Shown piece after piece: positions 51,675 to 62,359 of a stretch of 64,000 nucleotides of DNA. This DNA is from Patescibacteria group bacterium (lineage in GTDB: Bacteria > Patescibacteriota > Patescibacteriia > Patescibacteriales > UBA12465): assembly GCA_041656935.1 (NCBI GenBank), contig JBBACQ010000004.1, positions 8,557 to 72,556 of the forward strand. Direction: 5' to 3'. The notes beneath the pieces are model-generated. The model was given only the letters and a program-made list of their open reading frames with translations. It was not told where the DNA came from and searched no databases. Made by a program: the position numbers and the translations under genes. Each line of letters begins with the position of its first letter. Within the stretch, counting starts at the first letter, position 1.

Positions 51675-52667
51675 ATGCTATCATATCGTGCTATTTTAAA
51701 ACAAGCTCTAAGAATCTCTTGGAAAAATAAATTATTGTGGTTTTTCGGCTTTTTTGCCTCTTTAATAAGTTTTACCGCTGAATTTAAAATCATTACTCAA
51801 TCTTTAAATCGAAATATGGGGGTTAGCTCTATTAATAACATTAAAACCTTCATAAATACTGGTATTTTTTCTAAAAATGCTTGGACAAATATTGTAGAAT
51901 TAATTAAAAACGATCCGAAATCAATTCTTTTCCTTATTTTTGTTTTACTAATTATTATGGCTGTTGTTGCCTTTTTCGCTTGGTTATCAACTGTTTCTCA
52001 AATTTCAATTATCGATTCAGTTAATAAAATAATGAAAGGAAAGATTGAAAAATTAACCATAAAGAAAAGTATTCAAACAGGTAATAAAAAATTCTGGCCA
52101 GTATTCCTATTAAATGTCTTTATTTCTTTAGTTGTCTGGATTTCTCATTTAATCATCGGGACTCTCTTATTATTAGCCATTGTTAAAAATCAAGCTCTAA
52201 CCGTTTTATTATATGGTTTAATTTTTATAATTTTTATACCCTTATCTCTATTTATATCTTTTGTCATAAAATATGCTATTGCTTATTCAATTATTGAAGG
52301 AAAAAAAATGGGGCAAGCTATAAAACAAGGCTGGAAGCTTTTCCTTAAAAACTGGTTAATTAGCGTAGAGATGTCAATAATATTATTTTTTGTTAATATT
52401 ATTACTTTAATATTATTATCAATAATATCGTTTATTGGGTTCTTCTTATTCTTCGGTTTAGCCCTATCAACCGTCTTTTTAATCCCATCAAGTATTTTCT
52501 TCTGGATAATAATAATCCTAGGAGGACTTTTCCTATTAGCCGTGATGGTTTTAGGTGGAGCTTTATTAAATGTTTTCCAAATTACTTCTTGGACTGATCT
52601 TTTTGTCCAATTACGAGGAGACCAAAATATTGGTAAATTAGAGAAGATATTCCAAACTCAAAAATAA
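51675..52667 (+). CDS. Polytopic membrane protein of unknown function
   Basis: WKNKLLWFFGFFA start and several TM segments. Confidence 0.7.
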   Translation: MLSYRAILKQALRISWKNKLLWFFGFFASLISFTAEFKIITQSLNRNMGVSSINNIKTFINTGIFSKNAWTNIVELIKNDPKSILFLIFVLLIIMAVVAFFAWLSTVSQISIIDSVNKIMKGKIEKLTIKKSIQTGNKKFWPVFLLNVFISLVVWISHLIIGTLLLLAIVKNQALTVLLYGLIFIIFIPLSLFISFVIKYAIAYSIIEGKKMGQAIKQGWKLFLKNWLISVEMSIILFFVNIITLILLSIISFIGFFLFFGLALSTVFLIPSSIFFWIIIILGGLFLLAVMVLGGALLNVFQITSWTDLFVQLRGDQNIGKLEKIFQTQK

Positions 52668-52687
52668 GATATAAATTAAAATAATCT

Positions 52688-55600
52688 ATGAGTGATTTTG
52701 ACTCAATTTCTAGTTTGTTGAAAGAAAATTCAGCCAGTTCTAATGATAATAATGCTACCAAGAAATTATCGAATAAACAACAAGAAATAAAAAATAAGGA
52801 AATAGAGAAACAAACACAGGCCAGAGCGCAAACTTTAGGCCTGTCTTATATTAATTTATTTGGTTTTCCTATCAGCCCCGAAGCCCTCACTTTAATAGAC
52901 GAAGAAATTTCTATAAAAAATGAAGTTCTTTGTTTTTTTTATGATGGGGAAAATGTCAGAATCGGAACCACTGAACCCAAAAACCCCGAAATTGAAAAAA
53001 TCATAAATAATATAAATGAAAAATATCATACTAAAAGCAATCTCTATTTGATATCAAAAAACAGTTTAGAACATGGGATAAAGATTTATCAAACAATTCC
53101 TAAAAATGAAATCACTAGTAAAGGTGTCCAGATTAAAGAGGAAGATTTAGAAAAATTTAAAAACGAAATAAACGATTTTAAAAGTTTAGATAAAAAAATA
53201 AACGAAGTTAGTATTTCTGACGTAGTTACTCTGCTCTTGGCGACGGCTCTAAAATCGGATTCCAGTGATATCCATATTGAATCGGAGAGTGAAGGAATTA
53301 TAGTAAGACTAAGAATTGATGGAGTTTTGCAAGAGGCCGCCACCATAAAAAAAGAGAGTTGGAGAAAAATAATTTCTCGCATGAAAATATTAGCGGGAGT
53401 AAAAATAAATATTGACGATAAACCTCAAGATGGTCGTTATTCAGTCTTTTTAAAAGACAGTCGGATTGATATTCGATCTTCTTTTCTACCAACCGCTTAT
53501 GGAGAAAGTGTGGTTATGCGATTATTAAAATCTAGCTCGGTTAGTTTGTCCTTTGACGATTTAGGTTTAAGAAAGCATAATTATCAAATATTGAAAAAGG
53601 AAATAGAAAAACCTAATGGGCTAGTTTTAACCACTGGACCAACTGGTAGTGGAAAAACAACCACTTTATACGCTATTCTAAACCAATTAAATGATTCTGA
53701 GACCAAAATTATAACCTTAGAAGACCCAATTGAATATCAATTAACTGGCATTAGCCAAAGCCAAATAGAACCAAAAAAGGGCTATACCTTTTCTTCCGGT
53801 TTAAGATCTGTTTTACGCCAAGATCCGGATATCGTTATGGTAGGAGAAATTAGAGACATCGAAACAGCCGAAATAGCCATTCAATCTAGCTTAACTGGAC
53901 ATTTGGTTTTATCAACCTTGCACACTAATGACGCTTCGGGAGTTATTCCTCGTTTAATAGACATGGGAATAAAATCTTATTTATTAGTTCCCTCTATCAA
54001 TGCTGTGGTTGGACAAAGATTAGTTAGAAAACTTTGTCCAGAATGTAAAGAAATTCATAAATTAGATGATGAGGAAGAAAATTTAATAAAAAAAATCTTA
54101 GCAGTTATATCTCCTAAAGCTGAAGTAGAAGTTCCCAGAAATATTCCGACCGTTTTTAAAGTTGGCCCCGGATGTCCAGCTTGTAATAAAATTGGCTATA
54201 AGGGCCGAACTGGTATTTACGAAATATTCACCATGAATGATAAAATAAAACAATTAACTTCTGACAATGCCCCTTCTTTCAGAATATTGCAACAAGCCAT
54301 AGAAAGCGGAATGATTACAATGCTCCAAGATGGAATATTAAAAGTTCTAGAGGGGCAAACTAGTTTAGAAGAGATTTATCGAGTAGTCGGAAATTTTGAT
54401 TATATTGACGAATTATATGACATTGCCATTTCCGAAACTATTAGTCGAGGAATAAAAATAGAAACCAGTGAGATGGCCAAGGCTAAAGAAATATTAAAAG
54501 ATTATTCTCAGATAAATACAAATATTGAAAAAACTCCGAGTAAGGAAATAATATCTTTGCTCTTGGCTTTAGCTATTACAACTAATACTGGAGATTTACA
54601 TATTGAACCAACTGAAAAAAATGTTAAAATTCGTTTTAGAATTGACGGTGTTTTACACGATATCACCGAAATACCTAAAAATACTTTTCTACCCTTACTG
54701 GGAGAAATAAAAATACTAATTGGGTTAGAAACAAATGTTAAAAAATCATCTATTGATGGCCGATTTGCTATATCATTACCAGACAGAAAAATAGATTGCC
54801 GAGTTTCAATTATTTCGGGTGGCTACGGAGAAACTATTGTTATCAGATTATTGACTGGAGTGGAGGAAACTTTAGATTTAGAAAATATCGGTCTAGCTGA
54901 ATATAGTTTAGCTATTTTAAAAAATTCCATTAAAAAAACCAGAGGAATTATTTTAACTACTGGACCAACTGGTAGTGGAAAAACAACCACCTTATACAGT
55001 ATCTTAAAAAATATTAATACCCCTGATGTTAAAATAATAACTATAGAAGATCCGATTGAATATCAAATGGCTGGAATAATCCAGACTCAAACCAATCAGG
55101 AAGGTGGCTATACTTTTGCCTCAGCCATGCGATCAATATTAAGACAGAATCCTAATATCATGATGATTGGAGAAATCCGAGATACTGAAACAGCTAAAAT
55201 ATCATTAGAGGCCTCCTTAACTGGACATTTAGTTTTATCAACCGTTCATGCTAACAGTGCCTCTAGCGCCATATCTCGTTTTATTGGTTTGGGAGTTGAA
55301 AAATCAACCTTAGCTAACGCTTTAGAATGTTCGATTGGTCAAAGATTGGTTAGAAAAATTTGTCCTTCCTGTGAAAAAGAAGAGGTTTTAATTACCCCTC
55401 AACAACGGGAAGAAATTGAAAAAATATTAGGAAAAATAAACAATAATAAAGTTACTATCCCTAAAGAATTGAAATTTTATCGCGGAAAGGGTTGTCCTAA
55501 TTGTGGTAATATTGGCTATAAGGGCCGACTTGGTATTTATGAAATAATGGATATAAGTCCAACTATTAAAAAAGCTATTATTGATAAAGAGGTTAATGAT

Positions 55601-55717
55601 CAAGAAATTGAAAAATTAGCCGTTGAAAATGGAATGGTAACTATGTTACAAGATGGGATCTTAAAAGCTCTAGCTGGGCTAACAACTATTGATGAGGTCT
55701 TTAAAGTCGCTAAGTAA
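52688..55717 (+). CDS. pilB: PilB/GspE-family ATPase with two tandem ATPase modules
   Basis: Two copies each of D(I/L)HIE, R.RIDGVL, GPTGSGKTTTLY, EDPIEY, LRQ.P....GEIRD, TGHLVLST.H and the four-Cys zinc site. Confidence 0.9.
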   Translation: MSDFDSISSLLKENSASSNDNNATKKLSNKQQEIKNKEIEKQTQARAQTLGLSYINLFGFPISPEALTLIDEEISIKNEVLCFFYDGENVRIGTTEPKNPEIEKIINNINEKYHTKSNLYLISKNSLEHGIKIYQTIPKNEITSKGVQIKEEDLEKFKNEINDFKSLDKKINEVSISDVVTLLLATALKSDSSDIHIESESEGIIVRLRIDGVLQEAATIKKESWRKIISRMKILAGVKINIDDKPQDGRYSVFLKDSRIDIRSSFLPTAYGESVVMRLLKSSSVSLSFDDLGLRKHNYQILKKEIEKPNGLVLTTGPTGSGKTTTLYAILNQLNDSETKIITLEDPIEYQLTGISQSQIEPKKGYTFSSGLRSVLRQDPDIVMVGEIRDIETAEIAIQSSLTGHLVLSTLHTNDASGVIPRLIDMGIKSYLLVPSINAVVGQRLVRKLCPECKEIHKLDDEEENLIKKILAVISPKAEVEVPRNIPTVFKVGPGCPACNKIGYKGRTGIYEIFTMNDKIKQLTSDNAPSFRILQQAIESGMITMLQDGILKVLEGQTSLEEIYRVVGNFDYIDELYDIAISETISRGIKIETSEMAKAKEILKDYSQINTNIEKTPSKEIISLLLALAITTNTGDLHIEPTEKNVKIRFRIDGVLHDITEIPKNTFLPLLGEIKILIGLETNVKKSSIDGRFAISLPDRKIDCRVSIISGGYGETIVIRLLTGVEETLDLENIGLAEYSLAILKNSIKKTRGIILTTGPTGSGKTTTLYSILKNINTPDVKIITIEDPIEYQMAGIIQTQTNQEGGYTFASAMRSILRQNPNIMMIGEIRDTETAKISLEASLTGHLVLSTVHANSASSAISRFIGLGVEKSTLANALECSIGQRLVRKICPSCEKEEVLITPQQREEIEKILGKINNNKVTIPKELKFYRGKGCPNCGNIGYKGRLGIYEIMDISPTIKKAIIDKEVNDQEIEKLAVENGMVTMLQDGILKALAGLTTIDEVFKVAK

Positions 55718-55737
55718 AAAATTAATATAATAATAAA

Positions 55738-56313
55738 ATGCTAGACAAAAAATTTTTAAACTCCCTTAAGAAAAATTATGCTAAAAGTAATATTGAAAGA
55801 AGACAAATAATTTCTTTAGCCAATATTGTTTTAAATAATTCTAAAAAAACTATTTTTGCCATTCACCGAAATGAATTAGATTTGGCCGAAAAAAATTTAG
55901 AAGATAACGAAAAAATAATTAAAAAAATAAATCGAGATTTTGGTGAGAACCGAGCAACCAAGGAAGGGGCTTTTATGGCCTCCCTAGAAGAATATGTTGA
56001 AGCTAGACTATTTTTTGATTTTGTAAAAACTGGTAAAATTGGGAAAGTTAAAGACTTAAACGTTCCGCTAGAATCATATATCGGAGGAATCTGTGATTTA
56101 AGTGGAGAATTAATTAGACGAGCCGTTAACGAAACTATTGAAAAAAACTTTTCTGAAATTAAAAAAATAAAAAAGATAATCAATGAAATTTTAAATGAAT
56201 TGATAGATTTTGATATTACTGGCTATCTAAGAACTAAATATGACCAAGCTCGAGGAAATTTGAAAAAAATAGAACAAATGGACTACGAAATAAGCTTAAA
56301 AAATTTAAAATAA
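55738..56313 (+). CDS. Translin/TRAX (C3PO)-family protein
   Basis: SKKTIFAIHR, LEEYVEA, YIGGICDLSGELIRRAV, LRTKYD. Confidence 0.8.
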   Translation: MLDKKFLNSLKKNYAKSNIERRQIISLANIVLNNSKKTIFAIHRNELDLAEKNLEDNEKIIKKINRDFGENRATKEGAFMASLEEYVEARLFFDFVKTGKIGKVKDLNVPLESYIGGICDLSGELIRRAVNETIEKNFSEIKKIKKIINEILNELIDFDITGYLRTKYDQARGNLKKIEQMDYEISLKNLK

Positions 56314-56314
56314 A

Positions 56315-56806
56315 ATGAAAGTAGCTATTATTTCAGATATTCATGATAATTTAGCCAATCTCGGCTTTTTTTTAAATTTAACGAAGAAAGAAGAAATTGA
56401 AAAAATAATTTGTTTAGGAGATATTACTAACCAAGAAACCTTAAAAATACTAGCTCAGGGTTTTACAGGAGAAATTTTATTGGTTTATGGAAACATGGAA
56501 ATATATTCTGAGAACGATATTAAAGAATATCGAAATATTAATTATCTAGGAAGATTTGGCACCTCTCAATTAGGCAATTTTGTCGTAGGACTATGTCACG
56601 AACCGGGATTTATTAAAAACCTTTTTGAAAAAAATGAAGATTTGAATTTTATCTTTTACGGCCACACCCACAAACCTTGGCTTTCTATGAAAAACAAGGC
56701 CGTCCTTATAAATCCAGGGACACTCGGCGGAGTTTTTCAAAAAGCTAGTTATGCTATTTGGGACGATCAAGATGGTAAAATTAAATTAAAATTAATTCAT
56801 AATTAA
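56315..56806 (+). CDS. YfcE-like metallophosphoesterase
   Basis: ISDIHDN, CLGD, GNME, YGHTH, NPG. Confidence 0.88.
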   Translation: MKVAIISDIHDNLANLGFFLNLTKKEEIEKIICLGDITNQETLKILAQGFTGEILLVYGNMEIYSENDIKEYRNINYLGRFGTSQLGNFVVGLCHEPGFIKNLFEKNEDLNFIFYGHTHKPWLSMKNKAVLINPGTLGGVFQKASYAIWDDQDGKIKLKLIHN

Positions 56807-56861
56807 AACTCTACTAGCAAAAAAATAATCTGGAAATTATAAAAACTATAAAAAGATAGAG

Positions 56862-57674
56862 CTACAACATTTTTTTAATCTTAGGAATAATTTTACCGAC
56901 TTCTTTCTCGGTAATTTTTATTATATCCAAAGAAACCTCTTTTTTAAAATAAGCTTTAAGCCTAGATAAATCAGAATATTTAGAAGTATCGGGGTTAATA
57001 ATGAAATCAGAGCTCTTCATTGAATCTTGGCTTAAATTATACAAAGCTATTTCAGCTGACCGAGTGATAATTTTAGCTAAATTTAAATCCCTATTAACAA
57101 TATTATATTTATTATATAAATTAACTGAAATTACTACATCCGCTCCCATTTTTTTAACGATATCATCAGGAACAGCATTAGAAAGAGCTCCATCAACTAA
57201 AATTTTATCCCCTAACTTAAAAGGTTTAAAAGTAAAAGGGACCGATGAGCTAGCTCTAACTGCTTGGGCTAAATCTCCTTTGGAAAAAATATGTTCTTCT
57301 CCCGAAACCAAATCAGTAGCCACCGCCCTAAAAGGAATAGCTAAATCCTCTAAGCGAGCCCCAGCAAAAATTTTAAAAAGCTCCCGCTCTAAAGTATGTC
57401 CACCCAATAAACCATATCTGAAATTAACATCACGCAAATGATGAACTTTGTGTTTTTGGAGTTCGAAAAAATCTTTTTCTAATTTTTCAACATCTTTAAA
57501 CAAAGCATAATGTGCCCCAATAACTGCCCCAACGCTACTGCCAGCAATGAAATCTATCGGAATATTATTCTTAACTAAGGCCTTAATAACGGCAATGTGA
57601 GCTGAGCCTCTAAAACCGCCACTACCTAAAGCTAAACCAACTTTTATTCTTTTTTTATCCTTGAAAAAAAACAT
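56862..57674 (-). CDS. Patatin-like phospholipase
   Basis: GSGGFRG, GSSVG, VDGA. Confidence 0.88.
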   Translation of the reverse strand: MFFFKDKKRIKVGLALGSGGFRGSAHIAVIKALVKNNIPIDFIAGSSVGAVIGAHYALFKDVEKLEKDFFELQKHKVHHLRDVNFRYGLLGGHTLERELFKIFAGARLEDLAIPFRAVATDLVSGEEHIFSKGDLAQAVRASSSVPFTFKPFKLGDKILVDGALSNAVPDDIVKKMGADVVISVNLYNKYNIVNRDLNLAKIITRSAEIALYNLSQDSMKSSDFIINPDTSKYSDLSRLKAYFKKEVSLDIIKITEKEVGKIIPKIKKML

Positions 57675-57680
57675 AAAAAA

Positions 57681-60140
57681 TTAAATTATTTTCTTTAAAT
57701 ACTTGCCAGTATAACTTCTACTAGATTTAATAATATCTTGCGGTGATCCACAAGCAATCACTTCGCCTCCCTTGTCTCCCCCTTCCGGGCCCAAATCTAT
57801 CACCCAGTCAGCTGATTTTATTATATCTAAATTATGTTCAATAACCAAAACTGTATTGCCCTTATCTACTAAACCATGCAAAACCTTTAATAAATTTTTT
57901 ACATCTTCAAAATGAAGCCCAGTAGTTGGCTCATCTAAAATGTATAAAGTTTTCCCTGTAGCCGGACGAGAAAGTTCATAAGCTAATTTAATTCTCTGCG
58001 CCTCTCCCCCCGACAAAGTAGTAGCACTCTGACCTAATTTAATATAACCTAGTCCGATGCTATTCAATAATTCTAATTTAAATTTAATATTTTTATTTTC
58101 TCGGAAAAATTTTAGGGCCTCTTCGATATTCATCTCTAAAACTTCAAAAATATTTTTATTATTATACTTTACCCCTAACACATCCTCTTTATACCTTCGA
58201 CCAGCACACTCATCGCACTTAACATAAACATCTGGCAAGAACTGCATCTCTACTTTTAATAAACCATCCCCTTGGCATTTTTCACAACGTCCACCTTTTA
58301 AATTAAAGGAGAAGTGCCGAGCCTTAAGCCCTTGTTTTTTGGCTTCCGGCAAAGAGGCAAACAGATCTCTAATATAGGAAAAAAGACCGGTATAGGTAGC
58401 GGGATTAGAGCGAGGAGTTTTACCAATGGGAGATTGATCAATATCAATAATTTTATCTAACCACTCAGTTCCTAAAATTTCCTTGTGTTTTCCAGCTTCC
58501 TCCTTAGAACGATAAAACTTTTTATTTAAAGCTTTAGCTAAAATATCTATCATTAAGGTTGATTTCCCTGAACCAGAAACGCCACTAATAACCACCAAAC
58601 TCTCCAGCGGAATATCAACATTAATATTTTTTAAATTATTTTCACTAGCCCCTACTATCTGCAAAACTTTTTTACTGTTTTTTCGATATTTTGTCGGAGT
58701 TGATATTTTTTTATCACCAAATAAATACTGGGCGGTTAAAGATTCTTTATTCTTTTTAAATTTTTCTAAATCTCCCGCATAAATTATTTCACCGCCATGT
58801 TCTCCGGCCATCGGTCCGACGTCTATTATATAATCAGAAGATAACATCATTTTAGAATCATGTTCAATAACTATTACGGAATTCCCTTTTTTATTTAAAT
58901 TTTTTAGGGTAGAAATTAAATTTTCATTATCTCTAGGATGAAGACCAACTGAAGGTTCATCTAAAACATACATTAAGCCAACTAAATTAGAACTTATTTG
59001 ATGGGCCAATCTTAATCTTTGAGACTCACCGCCTGATAAAGTTGTCGCCGAACGACCAATGGATAAATAGGCTAGGCCTACTTTTAAAATGCTATCTAAT
59101 CTAGCGATAACTTCTTTACTAATAGGATCGAAAATATTTTTTTGAGCAGGATTATTTTTAAAAACATCATTTATTCTTTTGAAAAAAGCTCTAAGGTCCT
59201 CTATATTTAAAGAGGCGATATCATGAATATTTAAGTCCTGAAATTTCACAGCTAAAGATTCTTTATTTAAACGTTTCCCCTCACACTCCGGACAATGGAT
59301 AATTTTCATATATTGTCCTATCTTTTGTCTAATATAGCTAGAATCGGTCTCTTGATATTTATCATTTAAACCCTTTAAAACTCCCACATAAAGTTGATCG
59401 CCGTTCATTATTAAGCTTACCTCTTTTTTAGATAACTTTTTTAGAGGAAGCGAAAAATCAATTTTATGTCTAATCATTAATTTTTCTAATTCAGCCATTA
59501 GAAATCTCTGATTATCAAGATTATAATTAAGCCAAGGTTTGATGGCTCCTTGAGGAATACTTAAATTTAAATTTAAAACCATTTTAGGATCTATTTCTGT
59601 TTTTATACCTAAACCACCACAAAATTGACAGGCTCCTTGACCGGAATTAAAGGAAAAATCAACCGATTTGAAATCTGGTCGTCGCTGGGAACATTTAGGA
59701 CATTTTAAATAATATTCATTTTTATTCCCATTTTTCTTGTCATTTTTTTCTCGAACCATTTTGGTTTGGCATTGATGACAATAAGGAATCCCTAATTTAG
59801 CGAATAACAAACGTAAATAATCATAAATCTCGGTAATAGTTCCAACGGTTGACCGTGGATTATTGCTGGCCGAACGCTGATCAATGGAAATGGCCGGGAT
59901 AAGGCCCTCAATTAAATCCACATCGGGTTTATCCATTAAGCCAACAAATTGTCGAGCATAGGAAGACAAAGATTCTACATATCTTCTTTGACTTTCAGCA
60001 TAAATTAAATCAAAAACTAAAGATGATTTACCAGAGCCAGACAAACCAGTAACTACAATAAATTTATCACGCGGAATATCGAGGTCAATATTTTTTAAAT
60101 TATTAACGCGAGCTCCTTTTATTTTTATAAAATTTTCCAT
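57681..60140 (-). CDS. uvrA: UvrA excinuclease ATPase, short 819-aa form
   Basis: Two ABC modules ([21 protein letters not shown] x2), zinc fingers, [12 protein letters not shown]. Confidence 0.92.
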   Translation of the reverse strand: MENFIKIKGARVNNLKNIDLDIPRDKFIVVTGLSGSGKSSLVFDLIYAESQRRYVESLSSYARQFVGLMDKPDVDLIEGLIPAISIDQRSASNNPRSTVGTITEIYDYLRLLFAKLGIPYCHQCQTKMVREKNDKKNGNKNEYYLKCPKCSQRRPDFKSVDFSFNSGQGACQFCGGLGIKTEIDPKMVLNLNLSIPQGAIKPWLNYNLDNQRFLMAELEKLMIRHKIDFSLPLKKLSKKEVSLIMNGDQLYVGVLKGLNDKYQETDSSYIRQKIGQYMKIIHCPECEGKRLNKESLAVKFQDLNIHDIASLNIEDLRAFFKRINDVFKNNPAQKNIFDPISKEVIARLDSILKVGLAYLSIGRSATTLSGGESQRLRLAHQISSNLVGLMYVLDEPSVGLHPRDNENLISTLKNLNKKGNSVIVIEHDSKMMLSSDYIIDVGPMAGEHGGEIIYAGDLEKFKKNKESLTAQYLFGDKKISTPTKYRKNSKKVLQIVGASENNLKNINVDIPLESLVVISGVSGSGKSTLMIDILAKALNKKFYRSKEEAGKHKEILGTEWLDKIIDIDQSPIGKTPRSNPATYTGLFSYIRDLFASLPEAKKQGLKARHFSFNLKGGRCEKCQGDGLLKVEMQFLPDVYVKCDECAGRRYKEDVLGVKYNNKNIFEVLEMNIEEALKFFRENKNIKFKLELLNSIGLGYIKLGQSATTLSGGEAQRIKLAYELSRPATGKTLYILDEPTTGLHFEDVKNLLKVLHGLVDKGNTVLVIEHNLDIIKSADWVIDLGPEGGDKGGEVIACGSPQDIIKSSRSYTGKYLKKII

Positions 60141-60157
60141 TTATTTAAAAATTAATA

Positions 60158-61195
60158 TTATAAGATTGTATAAAAAAATCTAATTACACCTAAAAAAAGT
60201 TTATCGAAAAAAGATACTTCTATATTATTTTTTGTAAACTTAACCGAATCTTTTTTCCAAGTCTGAATAATTTCTTTTATCTCCTCTATTATTTTAGCAT
60301 CTCTTATGAAAACGCCAGACTCAATATTTAAACGAAAAGATAAGAAATCTAAATTTTGTGAACCAATTAAAACTTCTTTTTCATCTATTAATAAAACCTT
60401 GGCATGGTTCATTTCGTTTTGGGTATAAAAATTAATATTTGAATAGATCAGCTTATTAACGAAAGCCCGATTAATCCGATTTAAAATCTTAACATCAGTG
60501 TCTTTAGGAATAAAAATGTCTATCTCTACACCTCTTTTCTGAGCCCCATCTAATAAGGCTAATAACCATCGAGCGGGGGTAAAATAAGGGGTAATTATAA
60601 TGATGCTTTTTTGGGCTGAAATTATTTTTTCCTGATAGTAAGTCTCTAGGGTATAGATATTATTATTGGGGAAATGTTCTAGGAATTGGGCTCTAATTGT
60701 TTTAAAAATTGATTTTTTTCGATAAAGTAATATTTTTTCTTTTTTTCCGCCACTCATTTTATAGGTATAAGAAAAAGATCTTAATATATTTTTCGCCAAT
60801 AGCGGACTCACAATTTTAATCTGTAAATCAGACCAATTTATACTATTTTTTTTGATATTAACCCCACCTAGAAAAATAATTTTATTATCAATTAATAAAA
60901 TTTTACGATGAGTTCTTCTCAACCAATGACTGAAAAACAAAACTTCTACTCCGTTTTCTCGTAAATCTTTGATTATAGAGCTTTTTAATTCGGAACTGCC
61001 GAAGGAATCTAGAACCAAGATTACTTCTACGCCATTAGAAGCTTTTTCTTTTAAGGCCCCAAAAAAATTATAGGAAGCTGAAGTGTCGTCTAGAAAAATA
61101 TACATCTCGATATAGATGGAAAATTGAGCCTGATTAATTTCTCTTATCATTCCCTGCCAAGATTTTTTAGAACTTGTATATAATTTGTATTTCAT
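60158..61195 (-). CDS. cls: Cardiolipin synthase-like phospholipase D
   Basis: Two HKD motifs ([16 protein letters not shown]), TPYF; start placed at MKYKLY. Confidence 0.85.
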   Translation of the reverse strand: MKYKLYTSSKKSWQGMIREINQAQFSIYIEMYIFLDDTSASYNFFGALKEKASNGVEVILVLDSFGSSELKSSIIKDLRENGVEVLFFSHWLRRTHRKILLIDNKIIFLGGVNIKKNSINWSDLQIKIVSPLLAKNILRSFSYTYKMSGGKKEKILLYRKKSIFKTIRAQFLEHFPNNNIYTLETYYQEKIISAQKSIIIITPYFTPARWLLALLDGAQKRGVEIDIFIPKDTDVKILNRINRAFVNKLIYSNINFYTQNEMNHAKVLLIDEKEVLIGSQNLDFLSFRLNIESGVFIRDAKIIEEIKEIIQTWKKDSVKFTKNNIEVSFFDKLFLGVIRFFYTIL

Positions 61196-61271
61196 ATAAT
61201 TAAATATACTAGCTAAGATTATAACACTAAAAAAGAAAAAGATAAAGGATAAGAGGTGAATTGCGGAAAAC

Positions 61272-61307
61272 AAAAAAAGAGCTATTAATAAAAATAGCTC
61301 TTTTTTC
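61272..61307. terminator. Bidirectional-type intrinsic terminator
   Basis: A7-GAGCTATT-loop-AATAGCTC-T6. Confidence 0.7.
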
Positions 61308-61309
61308 TA

Positions 61310-61414
61310 AAATCCCCTAAAGTCCGTAGAGTGTTTTGAAGAACAAAAATAAGTTTGAGGAGAGAGTATTCAAAAATATTCTAGTTCTTCAGCTCTACGG
61401 GCTTTAGGGGGTTT
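61310..61414 (+). ncRNA. Candidate rod-shaped structured RNA or inverted-repeat element
   Basis: 22-bp outer stem 61310-61331/61393-61414, 8-bp stem TGAAGAAC/GTTCTTCA, inner TTTGAG/TTCAAA. Confidence 0.45.
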
Positions 61415-61456
61415 AAAGTTATTAATGGCCTGAGTTAAAACATTTGATTTGTTATA

Positions 61457-61963
61457 CTAAAATATTTTTAAACCTAGGAGCTTAGAAACTTTTTTCACAA
61501 CCTCAATATTTTTTTCCTTAAGAAGAGAATCGCAAGAATCCGAATTCCAACAATCAATAGCTAATGACAATTCCTCATCGGTTAAATTTTCTTCATTTTT
61601 AATAATAATTTCTTCATGTTTACATTCATAATAAATAGAAATAACTTTTTTAATTTCATTTCTTAATTCTTCTAGAGAAACCTTTCTTCCTTTTAATATT
61701 TCTTTAATACTTTGAATAACCGGATCTGCTTCTATGCTTACTCTGTAAAAAGGAGAGTCTGGATTATTTTTATCTAAAAATTCAATAACAAAAATATCAA
61801 TAAAATTTGATACTTTACGCTTACCTTTTTCTCCTTTTGAAAAATTTACTCCAAGACCTAATTGCGTTAAATTGCCTCTATTTGCCCACTTTTTACAGAT
61901 GTTGTCTGGATTAATATTCGCAGGCAAACACTCTTTTTTCTCAAATATTTTCATTTCTTCCAT
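61457..61963 (-). CDS. Hypothetical protein
   Basis: 168-aa ORF downstream of a consensus promoter. Confidence 0.6.
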   Translation of the reverse strand: MEEMKIFEKKECLPANINPDNICKKWANRGNLTQLGLGVNFSKGEKGKRKVSNFIDIFVIEFLDKNNPDSPFYRVSIEADPVIQSIKEILKGRKVSLEELRNEIKKVISIYYECKHEEIIIKNEENLTDEELSLAIDCWNSDSCDSLLKEKNIEVVKKVSKLLGLKIF

Positions 61964-62107
61964 ATAATTTTTTATTAAATTTAATAATATATCTAACTTA
62001 TTATACTAAACTAAAGAGCTTTTTCAAAATTTTGTAAAAATTTTGTAAAGGCCAAGTAGAAACGTCCCATCTAGTTAATTATTAAGGGTTACTAATCTCG
62101 TATCTAT

Positions 62108-62136
62108 ATTATACCATATTTTAAAAAATATGTCAA
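62108..62136 (-). promoter_or_regulatory. Consensus sigma70 promoter TTGACA-N17-TATAAT with TG extension
   Basis: -35 at 62131-62136, -10 at 62108-62113. Confidence 0.75.
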
Positions 62137-62359
62137 AAAAAATTAATCATTTAACCTATTTAATAATCTTCTTTTTAGTTAATAAATTGGTTTTTTAAAC
62201 CATCATCCTTAATATCAAATTATACATATTAAAAAACAATAATCCAATTCTTTATTTAACTAAAAATATGAAAAATTCCCTATCAACCCACAAATAAAAA
62301 AATTTATGAATTAAATAAGAAAGGAAAGGTTTGATATAATCGCCCCTTTCCTTTTAACC

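Noticed and set aside
61196-61273. N-terminal extension of cls given in the ORF track
   Set aside because: It starts at a TTG overlapping a terminator; the ATG at 61195 fits better.
61300-61456. Integron attC site downstream of the 61457 gene
   Set aside because: No matching RYYYAAC/GTTRRRY ends around the hairpin and no integrase in the window.
62040-62095. Purine riboswitch-like ATGG..GTTTCTAC on the minus strand
   Set aside because: P1/P2/P3 stems and the CCGTAAA loop cannot be formed.
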